Source: an uncultured Planctomycetaceae bacterium
GTDB taxonomy: Bacteria; Planctomycetota; Planctomycetia; Pirellulales; PNKZ01
Assembly: GCA_964387325.1 (NCBI GenBank)
Contig: CAYLYE010000001.1
Coordinates: 85,453-144,094 of the forward strand
Length of the DNA: 58,642 bases
Direction: 5' to 3'
How positions within the stretch are numbered: position 1 is the first letter of the stretch; each line of letters opens with the position of its first letter. The notes under the pieces are model-generated. The model did no database searches. It saw only the letters and a list, made by a program, of their open reading frames with translations, and had not been told where the DNA came from. Positions 1-12,600 of the stretch are shown piece after piece. The translations under genes were made by a program, and so were the position numbers.

Positions 1-759
1 ATCGACGAGTTGAATTTCGCCCAGCCGGAGCTCACTCTGCAATGGGTCGCTCACGCCGACGCTCCAACCTCGCCCTGCTCCGCGTGACGCATTGCAGCCT
101 CGTGCGAGCACGCTGCTGTTACCGCCGTGCCACATGAAGTTTTCCAGCCCTTCGCTCTGTAGCAACTCGGCGCAGCGATCGAGAGCATAACCCTTGCCGA
201 TGCTTCCCAGGTTCAGTTCCACTCCTGGCCGGCGAAAGCGGATCGTGTGCTGCGAGGCATCGAGTTCGATCGCCGAGGACCCGACGCAGTCGAGCGCTTG
301 CCGCAAGGCATCCGGATCGGGGACGGCGCCTTGGCGGCGATAAAATCCCCAGAGTTTCGTGAGGGGCCCGGCCGTAATATCGAACGCGCCGTGCGTGTCG
401 CGGTGCAGATCCAAACTCTGCTGCAACAAGGCGAACAGCCGCGGTTCGACGTCGATCGGCTCGTGGGCCGCGAGCTGATTGATGAGCGACAGCGCGCTGG
501 AATCGCGATAGACGGTCAACTGCGCTTCGAGTTGTTCGACGAGGTCGAGTGCGCGGAGCGCCGAGTCGGTCCCGTCAGGGTATTCGCCCGCGTTCAGGTA
601 GAGCGCGAAGCGGCAGGCCATGGCCGATCGCTCGAACTGCAACAGATAGTGGCCTTCGCCGGCGTTGGGTGACGGCGTCGGTTCGTGTTGCGCCGCGCGA
701 TCGCGGAGCGCCTTGAGCTGCAAAAATTCGCGGCGATCGGATTCGGGCGGTGTCGACAT
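1..759 (-). CDS. apbE: ApbE-family FAD:protein FMN transferase, N-terminal ~253 aa; the 3' end runs off the window
   Basis: Absent from the ORF track because it is open to the window edge. I translated the reverse strand by hand from the ATG at 759. It reads MSTPPESDRREFLQLKALRD (Tat-like RREFL), then GAFDITAGPLTKLWGF and NLGSIGKGYALD, which match conserved ApbE motifs. The stretches I translated by hand (1-240 and 661-759) contain no stop, and the frame is assumed open throughout. The + ORF 247..672 is its antisense shadow. Confidence 0.85.
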   Translation of the reverse strand, partial: MSTPPESDRREFLQLKALRDRAAQHEPTPSPNAGEGHYLLQFERSAMACRFALYLNAGEYPDGTDSALRALDLVEQLEAQLTVYRDSSALSLINQLAAHEPIDVEPRLFALLQQSLDLHRDTHGAFDITAGPLTKLWGFYRRQGAVPDPDALRQALDCVGSSAIELDASQHTIRFRRPGVELNLGSIGKGYALDRCAELLQSEGLENFMWHGGNSSVLARGCNASRGAGRGWSVGVSDPLQSELRLGEIQLVD

Positions 760-944
760 GCGACCATTATCGTCGCCGAGGGGTGCTCAGACAATCGCCT
801 CGATCACGCACCCCCGGCTCTTTTGCTGCGCAGACCTGAATAAAGTCGTCCGGCAGCGCACAACGAACGCGACGAGCAAGTCATGAGGCTCTGTGGTTCG
901 GCGATCTGTCGCTCGCCAGGTCTTTGGTATCGTTTCGCTTCAGG

Positions 945-2750
945 TCATTCGAGCGGCGGCCACTCGAGTGTCGGCGGTTGGGCATAACGGCGCATTTTGA
1001 TCGTGAGTCGGCCTCCCGCGCCTGGGCCGAGCGCCACGCGGATCGCGGCCCCCTCGACGCTTCGAGGCGGTTCTTGATTCACGCTCACGTGCTCGATCCG
1101 GTGTTCGCCATACGTGCCGGCCTGAACGACAAGCTGCCGTGGCTCGACTTGATTCACGTTCACGAGCGACACGATCACCTCGTCGGCCGTCATCCGCTCG
1201 ACGAGCGCCGCGACGTCACGACTCAAACCGCTGCGTCGCCGCTCAGGGTCAAAATACCGCAGCCGAGCATGGAGCGGCCCGCCCGATCGACCGGGCAGAA
1301 ATCCTCCGCACGCCAATTGCACGAGCGACTCGACCGAGCAGGGGTTGAACTTGGCCATGTCGTCGGCCAGCCGGGTGTCGGGCGTCGAGCGATCCTGACG
1401 CAGACCGTCGACGCGAGTCCGAATCCGCTGCAAGTCTCGTTGCAGCACGTGCTCGGGGTAGTGAGTGTCTTGGCCGGAGAGATATTTGAGCCACGGTTGC
1501 TCGGCGACCCGGGCGCGGTCGGCGTCGCGTTGCGACCAATACCAGATTTCGAAGGCCCCGTGCGGGTACGGTTGTGGATGGAAGTCGTACCAGCCCTGGT
1601 CGCCGTGCATGTAGGGGTACTGTTTGCGGCCGTCGATGACGCGCCCTTGTGTTTCGAGCGCGTCGAGCTGTCGTCGCCAGGCATCGACGTATTTCTGATC
1701 GCCGCTGAGCAGCAGGGCGTTGCCCAGTCCCATCACGGCAAGCCGCACGGTGTTGCGATGCGATTGCTTGAGCGTGACGGGATCGACGACGGTGAAGCCC
1801 CAGCCATAGACGCCGCCGTACCATTTACCGCCGACCGCGCTACCAATGCGGCCGTCGAGACCAATGTTCGAGGGGAAAATGTCGCCGTTGCTCGCCGCGC
1901 GCCCGAGCCAGGCATCGGCGTATTCGATGACCCAGCGGCGATATTTTTCGTCGTGCGTGAGTGCAAATGCGTTCAGCGGGAGTGTCGTGGCGAGCAAGTT
2001 CTGTGGATGATCGCCGATCACGTCGGTGTAATCCTTGAAGTGATCGAGCATTTCCTGATAGTTACGCTCGCCGTGCCCTGGCTTGAAACGATGCTCGATC
2101 TCGATCGGGTCTCCGGCCCAATCGACGGCCGTGGCCTTGCGCAACAATGGGCCGCGCGAGCCGTTGAACAAGCTGCGAATGATGCGGTGCTGCGGGTCAT
2201 AGTTGGCGGCCTGCGGGTCGCCAGGCAGATAAAAGCCCGCGAACCGCTCGACCCGTTGCCGGAACGTGAGCGCGCGTGGATCGATGAGCCCTTGCAGATT
2301 GAAGACCGTGAGCCCCTCGCCGTTGTGAACCCAGTCCATCATCACGGGGAACTCGCGGTAGTACATGCCATCGCGAGCGAAATCGACCTGCGTGGTGCGG
2401 GCGGCTGTGTACTGCCGGAGGTGTCCTTCCCAGGCGCGGTCAATCCACTGGGCGACGACCGCGTCGCCCCCGAGGGCGTAGAGCAGGGGCCAGTCGGTGA
2501 GATTCTCGATGGCGTCGTCCGGGCCGTCGTTGCCTCCCCAGCGCTCGACACATTCGAGATACCCTCGTTCGTCGAAGTATCGCTGCAGGTATTCGCCGCA
2601 GGCTCGCGTGTTGGTTTCGAGCAGCAAGCGTTCGAGCAGAGCCCATTGAGGCGGCGGCATGGGGCGGTCGAGCGTCACCGTGGGTCCGGCCACGACGGTC
2701 GCTGATAGCACGAGTAGCGTGGCCCAAGCGAGCAGGATCGCGCGCAGCAT
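945..2750 (-). CDS. Secreted hypothetical protein (601 aa) with an N-terminal signal peptide; function unknown, possibly a glycan-active alpha/alpha-toroid-like enzyme
   Basis: Long ORF with a realistic amino-acid composition. The N-terminus MLRAILLAWATLLVLSATVVAG is signal-peptide-like. The opposite-strand ORF 924..2705 has shadow-ORF composition. I recognise no motif with confidence. Confidence 0.7.
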   Translation of the reverse strand: MLRAILLAWATLLVLSATVVAGPTVTLDRPMPPPQWALLERLLLETNTRACGEYLQRYFDERGYLECVERWGGNDGPDDAIENLTDWPLLYALGGDAVVAQWIDRAWEGHLRQYTAARTTQVDFARDGMYYREFPVMMDWVHNGEGLTVFNLQGLIDPRALTFRQRVERFAGFYLPGDPQAANYDPQHRIIRSLFNGSRGPLLRKATAVDWAGDPIEIEHRFKPGHGERNYQEMLDHFKDYTDVIGDHPQNLLATTLPLNAFALTHDEKYRRWVIEYADAWLGRAASNGDIFPSNIGLDGRIGSAVGGKWYGGVYGWGFTVVDPVTLKQSHRNTVRLAVMGLGNALLLSGDQKYVDAWRRQLDALETQGRVIDGRKQYPYMHGDQGWYDFHPQPYPHGAFEIWYWSQRDADRARVAEQPWLKYLSGQDTHYPEHVLQRDLQRIRTRVDGLRQDRSTPDTRLADDMAKFNPCSVESLVQLACGGFLPGRSGGPLHARLRYFDPERRRSGLSRDVAALVERMTADEVIVSLVNVNQVEPRQLVVQAGTYGEHRIEHVSVNQEPPRSVEGAAIRVALGPGAGGRLTIKMRRYAQPPTLEWPPLE

Positions 2751-3179
2751 GATGTCGGTTCCCGGTTGATAGTCGTGTTGGGGCTCAAATTCGCGGGGGG
2801 GAGGTGCCGCCAGTGGTCGGTGGCTCTACGCGGACTCGCTCTCAGATCCGTGAAGGCCTCGGTTCTCGCGCGACGTGGTCAACGCCGCGTATATATAACA
2901 CTCAGCAGGGCTGAAATCGAGGATCGACGGGTCGTGCAAGGGCGACGCCTGCGGCGACCTATAAAATGCGGTGCGGTAAACGAGGATTGTGGGATATTTT
3001 TTCCTGTGGTAGACTATCGCTCTTTCGCTTTTGGCGACCCACACCTGTTCCCGACCGTCGGGAACCGCTTGAGCGAACGGACCTTCTTTTCACCACGCAC
3101 GTCGTGGCCGCGATGCAAATCATTTTCCGCGGCCCATTTGGCCTCTGTGCCTCGCGACGTCATTGGTTCAGGAACCCTC

Positions 3180-4964
<1,785 letters not shown>

Positions 4965-5000
4965 GCATTGCCCCGACGACACCAAGTGTGTTGCACTCAC

Positions 5001-5040
5001 GCCGCCCAGCGACCCGCGATGGTCCCTGGGCGGCGTTTTT
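5001..5040 (+). terminator. Rho-independent terminator candidate after rpsA
   Basis: The 9-bp stem gccgcccag (5001-5009) pairs with ctggcggc-type ctgggcggc (5026-5034) and is followed by gttttt. Confidence 0.6.
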
Positions 5041-5161
5041 CATGCGCCTCATCGAGCAACTCGCTCGATCAGTGTGATTCCCTGTAGACCGCGCTGCTCA
5101 AGCCTCCTTAAACTGAGGGCATCTTGGCGACAAAGCTGATATGTGTTCGGCCCGAGACACC

Positions 5162-5500
5162 ATGCCCATTCCCGATGCTGAACGTGCGACAGTAAACCGT
5201 GAGAAGGTTTGCGACTATCTGTTGAATCTTGACCATCCTGATGGTGGCTCAAAGGCAATTTGGTTTTGTGCCTTGGGCTACCATCAAGTCGAATGGGAGA
5301 CGCTTGCCCGGGATTTGCTAGAAATCGCCAAGACATGTAGGCAATTCAAGACAGAACACTCACCGCACGGTGTAAAATATATTGCAGAAGGGACAATTAC
5401 TCGACCCAATAAGCGACCTGTTCGCGTGTTAACCGTTTGGATCGTCGAGCAAGATAGTCCGCCGCGTTTGGTTGCCACCTATCCGGATGTTTCGCCATGA
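5162..5500 (+). CDS. DUF6883-like small protein, first gene of a two-gene module
   Basis: MPIPDAERATVNREKVCDYLLNLDHPDGGSKAIWFCALGY resembles, from memory, the DUF6883 N-terminal consensus (KLxxYLLNxxHPxGxxKAxxF). The region is AT-richer than its flanks. The start is chosen at ATG 5162. Confidence 0.7.
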   Translation: MPIPDAERATVNREKVCDYLLNLDHPDGGSKAIWFCALGYHQVEWETLARDLLEIAKTCRQFKTEHSPHGVKYIAEGTITRPNKRPVRVLTVWIVEQDSPPRLVATYPDVSP

Positions 5501-5721
5501 TTGCTGAACACTCACTCGTCGTACTCGATTGCGATCCTCACCACGACAAACTCAATCGAGGCGACGTTGGCACCGTCGTTCATGTGTACCAAGACGGCTT
5601 GGCGTATGAGGTCGAGTTTGTGGATGGTGGTGGAGCCACGGTTGCCCTGCTCACCGTGAAAGCTCAAGACGTGCGACGAATCATGCCTGGCGAATTACTC
5701 CACGCCCGACGGACCGCATAA
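5497..5721 (+). CDS. DUF4926-like small protein, second gene of the module
   Basis: LNRGDVGTVVHVYQDGLAYEVEFVDGGGATVALLTV matches the DUF4926 pattern (GdxGtIVxVYxxGxAYEVEF). Its ATG overlaps the upstream stop in an ATGA overlap at 5497-5500. Confidence 0.75.
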   Translation: MIAEHSLVVLDCDPHHDKLNRGDVGTVVHVYQDGLAYEVEFVDGGGATVALLTVKAQDVRRIMPGELLHARRTA

Positions 5722-5791
5722 TACGCTCTCAGTCTGTGATCACCGCGAGAGGTCACTTTCTCCGTTTTACGCCGACGACTAAACTGAGAGC

Positions 5792-6562
5792 ATGAACGCA
5801 CCTGATCTCGAATCGCTCGCGCGGCAATTACTTGGCGGAGAACTCTCGCTGCCCGAGTTTATCGGCCGCCTCAAGTCACCCAGCGTCGCCGACGTCGGCG
5901 AGGCGCAGGTCGATCTCGATCGCCGCAGTCGTTGCGGCTTTCCAGAGGTCGTCTACGGGGCGGGTAAATCACTCACCGCCCTCGAAAAAGTCTTTGCCGT
6001 TCTGCTCGCGCGCGGCGAGAACGTACTGGCCACTCGCATTAGCGCCGAGCAGGCTGCGGCCCTGGCCGAGAAATTTCCGCTCGGGCGATACAACCCCATC
6101 GGCCGCACGTATCGCATTTCGCTCAACGACTCGGCCACGAAACCGATCGGCCGCGTGGCCATTGTCACGGCGGGGACCAGCGATCGCCCCGTGGCCGAAG
6201 AGGCCCGCGAAACCGCCGAATGGCTCGGGCTCGAGGTCCGCATGCTCAATGATGTCGGAGTCGCCGGGCCACAACGTTTGCTCGCGCGGCTCGATGAGTT
6301 GGCCGGGGTTGATGCCGTCGTGGTCATCGCCGGCATGGAAGGGGCGCTGCCGAGTGTCGTCGCCGGCTATGTCGACTGCCCCGTGATCGGTGTTCCCACG
6401 AGCGTCGGCTACGGCGCGAGTTTTGGCGGTCTGTCGGCTTTGCTGAGTATGCTCAATAGCTGCGCGTCGAACGTCGCGGTCGTCAACATCGACGCCGGTT
6501 TCAAGGGCGCGTACTTGGCCGGGGTCATCGCCCGCGGCCGCCAACGAAAGCCGCTTCCATGA
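5792..6562 (+). CDS. larB: Nickel-pincer cofactor biosynthesis protein LarB (PurE/AIR-carboxylase-like)
   Basis: It has RCGFPEVVYGAGKS and a C-terminal PurE-like fold (VAIVTAGTSDRPVAEEA, VIAGMEGALPSVVAG, PVIGVPTSVGYG). Confidence 0.85.
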   Translation: MNAPDLESLARQLLGGELSLPEFIGRLKSPSVADVGEAQVDLDRRSRCGFPEVVYGAGKSLTALEKVFAVLLARGENVLATRISAEQAAALAEKFPLGRYNPIGRTYRISLNDSATKPIGRVAIVTAGTSDRPVAEEARETAEWLGLEVRMLNDVGVAGPQRLLARLDELAGVDAVVVIAGMEGALPSVVAGYVDCPVIGVPTSVGYGASFGGLSALLSMLNSCASNVAVVNIDAGFKGAYLAGVIARGRQRKPLP

Positions 6563-7413
6563 GCAACGCGCCGCTCCCGCGACGACCTGAGCGCAAGTCC
6601 GATAGTCATAAAGGGGACTATGGTCGGGTGCTGCTCATTGGCGGCTCGCAAGGCATGGCCGGGGCGATCGCATTGGCCGGCATAGCCTGCCTGCGCAGCG
6701 GCGCGGGACTGGTTCACCTCGCCGTCCCTCGCGCGATACAAACGACCGTCGCGCAATTCGAGCCCGCCTACATGACCCACGGTCTGAGCGACGACCTGCA
6801 CGGGCGTTTTTCGCAGCGCGCACTCGCTCGGTTGCGGCCGCTCGTCGAGTCAGCCGATGTCGTCGCGCTCGGGCCGGGTATCGGCCGCTCGGTCGACGTA
6901 CAGCGGCTCGTCGTCGAGTTGTATTCGAGCGTCTCTCGGCCACTGGTCGTCGATGCCGACGCGCTCTACGCCCTGGGCCGACACCGTGCGGCGTTGCTCG
7001 ATGCGCCTGCCGCGCGCATCTTCACTCCGCATCCCGGCGAGTTTCGCCGGCTCGTGTGGTGTGCTCCAGAAGCCTCGCGCGAACAACTCGAGGCGACCGC
7101 GATCGATTGGGCCGCACAGACCGGTACGGTGCTCGTGCTCAAAGGGCATCGCTCGCTCATCACCGACGGCGCACGTCATGAGCACAACACGACCGGCAAC
7201 TCGGGCTTGGCCAAGGGAGGCAGCGGCGACGTACTCACCGGCATCATTGCCGCGCTGTTGGCACAAGGGCTCGCGCCGTTCGAGGCCGCCCGGCTCGCGT
7301 GTCATGTTCACGGCCGCGCCGGCGATTGGGCTGCCGAGTCGCTCGGACAAATCGCCATGACGGCCGGCGACCTACCACGTTTTTTGTCCGCCGCTTTCAA
7401 CGAGCTGGCATGA
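6559..7413 (+). CDS. nnrD: ADP/ATP-dependent NAD(P)H-hydrate dehydratase (YjeF C-terminal domain family)
   Basis: It has HKGDYGRVLLIGGSQGMAGAIALAG and GNSGLAKGGSGDVLTGIIAALLAQG, the carbohydrate-kinase-like Nnr signature. There is a 4-nt overlap with larB. Confidence 0.85.
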   Translation: MSNAPLPRRPERKSDSHKGDYGRVLLIGGSQGMAGAIALAGIACLRSGAGLVHLAVPRAIQTTVAQFEPAYMTHGLSDDLHGRFSQRALARLRPLVESADVVALGPGIGRSVDVQRLVVELYSSVSRPLVVDADALYALGRHRAALLDAPAARIFTPHPGEFRRLVWCAPEASREQLEATAIDWAAQTGTVLVLKGHRSLITDGARHEHNTTGNSGLAKGGSGDVLTGIIAALLAQGLAPFEAARLACHVHGRAGDWAAESLGQIAMTAGDLPRFLSAAFNELA

Positions 7414-7494
7414 CAACCCCTTCGCTCGGCGGGAGAAAGTCTGCGCGAAGCTCACCGATGTTAATGAGCATTGCAGTCCGCCGTGGAAAAATAT

Positions 7495-8850
7495 CTACGG
7501 ACGATGGCGGGGCAGTTCGCTCTTGAAGTCGCCGAGGCTGTTCCAGTAGAGCCGTCGGTCGAGATCCACCTCCGACACCGCGACCGTGCCCCACTGCTTA
7601 GCCTGGGCGATCACGTCGCCGGTCTGATCGTACACGGCCGTGATCATCCAGTTGCGGTCCACGTCGGTGTACGTGCTACTGACGACGTAGACATGATTCT
7701 CGCACGCCCGGGCTGCTGCCAGCCGCGGATTGCAACCCCAGACGGGCCAGGCGATCACCTCGGCCCCACGATTGCTCAGCTCGCGTGCCGGCTCGGGAAA
7801 GAAGCCGTCGTAGCAGACCATCATGCCGACCTTTCCAAAGCGGGTCTCGAACACCGGATACTCGTGCCCCGGTGCACAGCCGCGCTCAATCTCGCCGCGC
7901 GGCAAGCAGACCTTGCGATACTTGCCCGCGATCTGACCATCGGGCCCGAGCAACACGGCGACGTTGTAAACCAAATGCTCGGCCCGTTCGAGTAACCCCA
8001 CACAAATATACGTGTTGTACTGCTTCGCCAGAGCGCCGAAGAAATCCGTCGATGGGCCGGGCATTGACTCGGCACAGTCAGCGTAGCTCAGGCCGGTGTT
8101 GGCGAAGGTGATCGTCTCGCCGAGCACGATCAAGTCGGCCTTTTGCCTCGCGGCTTCGGCGATGAGCGGCACGTGCTGCTCGCGATTCTCGGCCGGGGTT
8201 TTGCCGCGCGGCATGAAATGCACGGCCGCCAAGCGGACCTTGCGCCCCTCGGGGGACGCGATCGGCGTAAGTGACACGTCGCTCCAGTCGATCCGCCCGA
8301 GTGGAGCCCATTGGCCATGCAACTCGATGACCGCTTGGCGAGCGGCCAGAGGCGTGTGATAGACGTCTGACACCTCGGTCCAACCCTGGGCATCGGTCGC
8401 TTTGTCGGTCGGGTGTTCCGCCTCGGCGACGGGCTTCCAACCGATCAGATAACCGCTCACGGCCGGGTCGTCATGCTTGACCGGTTTGCCATCGGCGTCG
8501 CGCCACAAGATCCGCACGACCGCGCTGCGGCGCGGCACCGTAACGTTCGTCGTGTGACGGTAAGCGGTGAAGCGATAGTGTTTGCCCCCCTCGATCGGCA
8601 GCGTCTTGGTCCAAAAACCGTCGAGCCCTTCGCGCTGATCGTGTATGAGCGACCACTGCCCCTGTCGTGATCGACCCGAGTGCGGTTCATAACGGAACTG
8701 AGGTCGCAACTCGTCGCGCGGCGCCGCCGGCAGCCAGCCTTGCGCCTCGGTCGGGCTCGTTGAGCTGCCCGAGTCGATCGCCGCGACGAAGGGCCGGGCA
8801 AGCACGAAGGTCGCGATCAGAAACAGCGTAGCCAGGATAAGACGCTTCAT
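7495..8850 (-). CDS. Secreted carbon-nitrogen hydrolase (nitrilase superfamily) with an N-terminal beta-sandwich-like domain
   Basis: Signal peptide [18 protein letters not shown]. The C-terminal half has [18 protein letters not shown] and VIAWPVWG, which is the Glu-Lys-Cys nitrilase-superfamily layout. Confidence 0.85.
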   Translation of the reverse strand: MKRLILATLFLIATFVLARPFVAAIDSGSSTSPTEAQGWLPAAPRDELRPQFRYEPHSGRSRQGQWSLIHDQREGLDGFWTKTLPIEGGKHYRFTAYRHTTNVTVPRRSAVVRILWRDADGKPVKHDDPAVSGYLIGWKPVAEAEHPTDKATDAQGWTEVSDVYHTPLAARQAVIELHGQWAPLGRIDWSDVSLTPIASPEGRKVRLAAVHFMPRGKTPAENREQHVPLIAEAARQKADLIVLGETITFANTGLSYADCAESMPGPSTDFFGALAKQYNTYICVGLLERAEHLVYNVAVLLGPDGQIAGKYRKVCLPRGEIERGCAPGHEYPVFETRFGKVGMMVCYDGFFPEPARELSNRGAEVIAWPVWGCNPRLAAARACENHVYVVSSTYTDVDRNWMITAVYDQTGDVIAQAKQWGTVAVSEVDLDRRLYWNSLGDFKSELPRHRP

Positions 8851-8883
8851 CGGATCAACCTCCTGAAAACGACGAGCAGAGCT

Positions 8884-8984
8884 ATTGATCCTCAGATAAT
8901 GAACTTAACAGGCCGAGCAACGCGAGGACGGTATTTACGGACTCCCGCTGGTCGTCCTGTCAACTTCATTTCCTGAACCTCAAT
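8884..8984. repeat. Copy A of a ~100-nt repeat with internal hairpin potential
   Basis: It aligns by eye with 14313..14414 in the same orientation at roughly 85 percent identity with a few indels. The block cggactcccgctggtcgtcctgt is identical in both copies. The arms aatgaacttaacagg and cctgtcaacttcatt are inverted repeats, and aggacg/cgtcct forms an inner stem. Confidence 0.8.
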
Positions 8985-9045
8985 CACCGGCCATTTTACC
9001 TTGGCGAAGGACCAGAAGAAACCGTTGAGCTGCGTGGCGCAACGG

Positions 9046-9558
9046 TCATTTCTTCTCATCACCATGAGCATGCGGCGCGAGTGTGCCCACGAAGGCTTTG
9101 CCGTTGATTTCAAGGTTGATACGACCGGTCATGGTCTTGTCGTCGAGCGCCTCGCACAGCGCCTCGCTGACCAGCGTGAAGCAGGAGGACAGAGGGGCCG
9201 GATCTTTCGGGTCGGGCTTAGCACTCAAGCGAAATTGCTTTGGCTTGCCGGCAACAACCAAATTCACCACGAGCTCTTTGGCCTCGATTGGCACGGTCAG
9301 CTTGGCGGTCGAATCGAGGACATAGACGGTCATGGTGTGCGTCGCGTCGTCGTGTAGCAACTCGGCGTGATACTCTTCTTTGCCCAACTCGATCAGCTCG
9401 CCGTGATGCGGGCCTTCGCTCGGATGGTCATGCTCGGCATGCTGGGTGGCCGCCGTGGGCGCTGAGGTCGGAGTGGCTTTGTTGCCATCGCAACCCGTGA
9501 GGATCATGCAGGCGAACGAGACAGAAAACAAGACAATACCAAGAACGCAGCAACGCAT
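9046..9558 (-). CDS. His-rich lipoprotein, last gene of the RND operon; putative periplasmic metal-binding protein
   Basis: Lipobox LTGC after a hydrophobic leader. His-rich stretches occur near both ends (HAEHDHPSEGPHHG and PHAHGDEKK). It lies 54 nt downstream of the RND pump gene. Confidence 0.7.
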   Translation of the reverse strand: MRCCVLGIVLFSVSFACMILTGCDGNKATPTSAPTAATQHAEHDHPSEGPHHGELIELGKEEYHAELLHDDATHTMTVYVLDSTAKLTVPIEAKELVVNLVVAGKPKQFRLSAKPDPKDPAPLSSCFTLVSEALCEALDDKTMTGRINLEINGKAFVGTLAPHAHGDEKK

Positions 9559-9611
9559 GGATTAGCTCTTTCTTTCAAATGCAGATTTGGACATCAACCG
9601 AGGAGACGCGA

Positions 9612-12600
9612 TTAGGAATGGATATTCGTGGAATGTGAGTGCTCGTCCGATAATTCATCATGCTCCGAGGCGATCCGTTGCCGCTCAGCCTGATTACGGC
9701 CAAAGCACCAGAACAAGGCCGGATGCACGAAGAAGTCGAGCAATGTGGAACTGACGAGGCCGCCCAAGATGACGGTCGCCACCGGATACAAGATCTCTTT
9801 GCCGGGTTCACCCGCGGCGAGCACCAACGGGATCAGCGCGATACCAGCCGTGAGCGCGGTCATGAGCATCGGTGCGAGTCGCTCCTGGCCAGCTCGCTCG
9901 ACCATCGCGGGGGTGAATGCCTCGCCTTCGTGACGGACCAGATGCAGATAATGGGCGATGAGTAGAATGCCGTTGCGCGAGGCGATGCCCGACAACGAGA
10001 TAAAGCCCACCATGCTGGCAACGGTCAGCGATTGCTTGGTGAGCACCAGTGCCGCGACGGCGCCGATCGCGGCCATCGGCAGTGCCGCGAGCACTTGCAG
10101 CGCCAGGTTGACCGATCGAAAAAGCGTATACAAAGCCAGGAACATGCCGACGAGCGACACCAGACTCAGCAGGCCAATCAAGCGTGTCGCCTGACGCTGA
10201 CTCTCGAATTGGCCACCGTATTCGAGAAAATATCCGCTGGGGAGCGAGGCCTGGATGGGCTCGAGTTGCTTTTGGATATCGAGCACGACGCCATTCAAGT
10301 CGCGGCCGGCCGTGTTGCATTGAATGATGATCCGCCGCCGGACATTTTCGCGATTGATCGTGTTCGGTCCGCTCGCTTGAGTCAGCTCGGCCACGGTTTC
10401 GAGCGGGACACGACCGCCCGAAGCAAGGTTGATCGACAACCGCCGCAAGGTGTCTAAGTTGACGCGGTATGGATCGTCGAGCTTGACGACCAGATCGAAT
10501 TTGCGTTCGCCTTGTACGATCTCGGACACGGTGCGACCGTTCATGGCCGTGGTGATGAATTCGTTCACCTCGTCGGCCGTGAGTCCATACTCCATCAGCT
10601 TGTGTCGTTTTAGTTGGATTTGTAGTTGAGGGATTTCGACCTGCTGCTCGACCATCAGGTCTTTGACGCCGCGGACAGCGGCGATGGCCGCTTTCATTTT
10701 CTCGGCCGTTCGCCGGAGCACGTCGAGATCGTCGCCGAAGAGCTTGATACCGACTTGCGCCTTGACGCCTGAGAGCATATGCGAGATGAGATGTTGCAAC
10801 GGCTGCTCGGCCGCGATGACCACGCCCGGCACTTGGGTCAATTCTTCGCGCAGCTGTTCCAGCAACTGTTCGCGCGTTTGGCCCGAGTGGGGATCGAAGC
10901 TGATGATGATTTCCGAGGTGTTCACCCCCTCGGCGTGCTCGTCGAGTTCGGCGCGACCCGTGCGACGACCGAAGTTGAGTACCCCTTTCACCGCCTTGAT
11001 CCGCTGGTCGACCAGCGCGGCAATCTGATTAGAGGTTTCGAGCGAAGTGCCCGGCGGCAACAGGGCATTGATCTGCACGCTCCCTTCGTTGAACGGCGGC
11101 AGGAAGTCGCGGCCCAGTTGTGTAACCATCAGCACACTTGCCAGCACGGCAATAGCCACGGCCCCGAGGATCGGCGCGGGGTGGCGAACACTGATCCGGA
11201 TCGCATAGCCCGCGAGTTGCTTGAGTCTCCGCAACAGCCAGCCATCTTCGTCGTGTTGCATGAACTTCGCGCGCGGTAGCAGCCAGTACGACAGCACGGG
11301 GGTCACCGTGAGCGACACGACCAACGAAGCCAGGATCGAGACGATGTACGCGATGCCCAGCGGGGTGAACAGTTTGCCTTCGATTCCTTCCAAGGCAAAG
11401 AGCGGCACGAATACCAAGACCACGAGGATCGTGCTGAAGACGATCGAGTTGCGGACCTCGCAACTGGCTTCGTAAACGACTCGCAACGGCGATTTTGGCA
11501 CACTCCGATGCCGATTCTCGCGCAGCCGCCTAAAGATGTTCTCGACGTCGACAATCGCATCGTCGACCAATTCACCAATGGCGATAGCCAAGCCGCCGAG
11601 TGTCATCGTGTTGATCGACATGCCCAGCCATTTGAACACCAACGCGGTTACGACGATCGACAAGGGGATGGCCGTGAGGGTGATGAACGTCGTGCGAAAG
11701 TTGAGCAAGAACAGGAATAGCACGATCACGACCAAAACACCTCCGTCGCGTAGCGCTTCGATGACGTTTTTGATGCTCAGATCGATGAACGTTTTTTGCT
11801 GATAGATTTGTGAATTGATACGCAGGTCGGCAGGGAGCGCGGGGCGCAACTCGTCGAGGGCGCGCGTAATGTCGTCGGTTAGGCGCCGTGTGTCGGCGCC
11901 GGGTTGTTTCGAGATCACCATCATCACGGCGCTCAGGCCATTGATCGCGGCATCGCCGCGTTTGACTTGCGCCGCTTCGACCACGCGCGCCACTTGACCG
12001 AGCACGACCGGTCGCTCGCCACTGGCTTTGACCACGACGCTGTGTAAGTCGGCGAGCGATTGGATTCGCCCCAATGATCGCACCAGCAGTTCGTTGCCCC
12101 CTTGGTTGAGATATCCGCCCGTGGCATTCGAGTTGCTGGCCTGTACGGCGGCTTCGACATCGGCCAAGGTGACGCCGTAGTTCAACAGCAGATGAGGGTC
12201 GACGAGCACCTGAAACTGTTTGCGGCCGCCCCCCATGGTCACCACCTGTGCCACGCCGGGGATGGTCAGCAACCGCTGCCGCACGACCCAATCGGCGAGG
12301 GTGCGCACATCGAGCGGCGACGTTGCACCGTTCTCGCTGTAGATCCCGATGTGAACCACTTGCCCCATGATCGATGAGATGGGTGCCAACTGCGGCCGTA
12401 CCCCTTGCGGCATACGATCGAGCGCGAGGGCAATTTTCTCGGCCACGATTTGCCGATCGATGTAGATATCGGTACCCCAGGCGAATTCGACATAGATGAC
12501 CGATAGCCCCACCCCCGACGAGCTGCGAACCGTTTGCACTCCGGTGGCACCGTTGAGCACGGACTCCAGCGGAAACGTAATCAGCGTCTCGACTTCTTCC

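Noticed and set aside
924-2705. Long + strand ORF (593 aa) opposite the 945..2750 gene. Similar long antisense ORFs include 247..672, 3168..4496, 15441..16106, 28519..30006, 30899..31771, 36367..37617, 47174..47956, 49492..51519 and 56130..57233.
   Set aside because: They lie antisense to genes with clear family signatures. They have the Arg/Ala/Gly/Asp/His-rich, motif-free composition typical of shadow ORFs in high-GC DNA.
2766-3179. 138-aa N-terminal extension of the rpsA ORF
   Set aside because: It has an implausible composition (Arg/Cys/Phe-rich). S1 similarity begins only at the ATG at 3180, and the region looks like a leader or promoter. A TTGTGG-17-TAGACT pair at 2987-3015 is a weak promoter candidate that I did not list as a feature.
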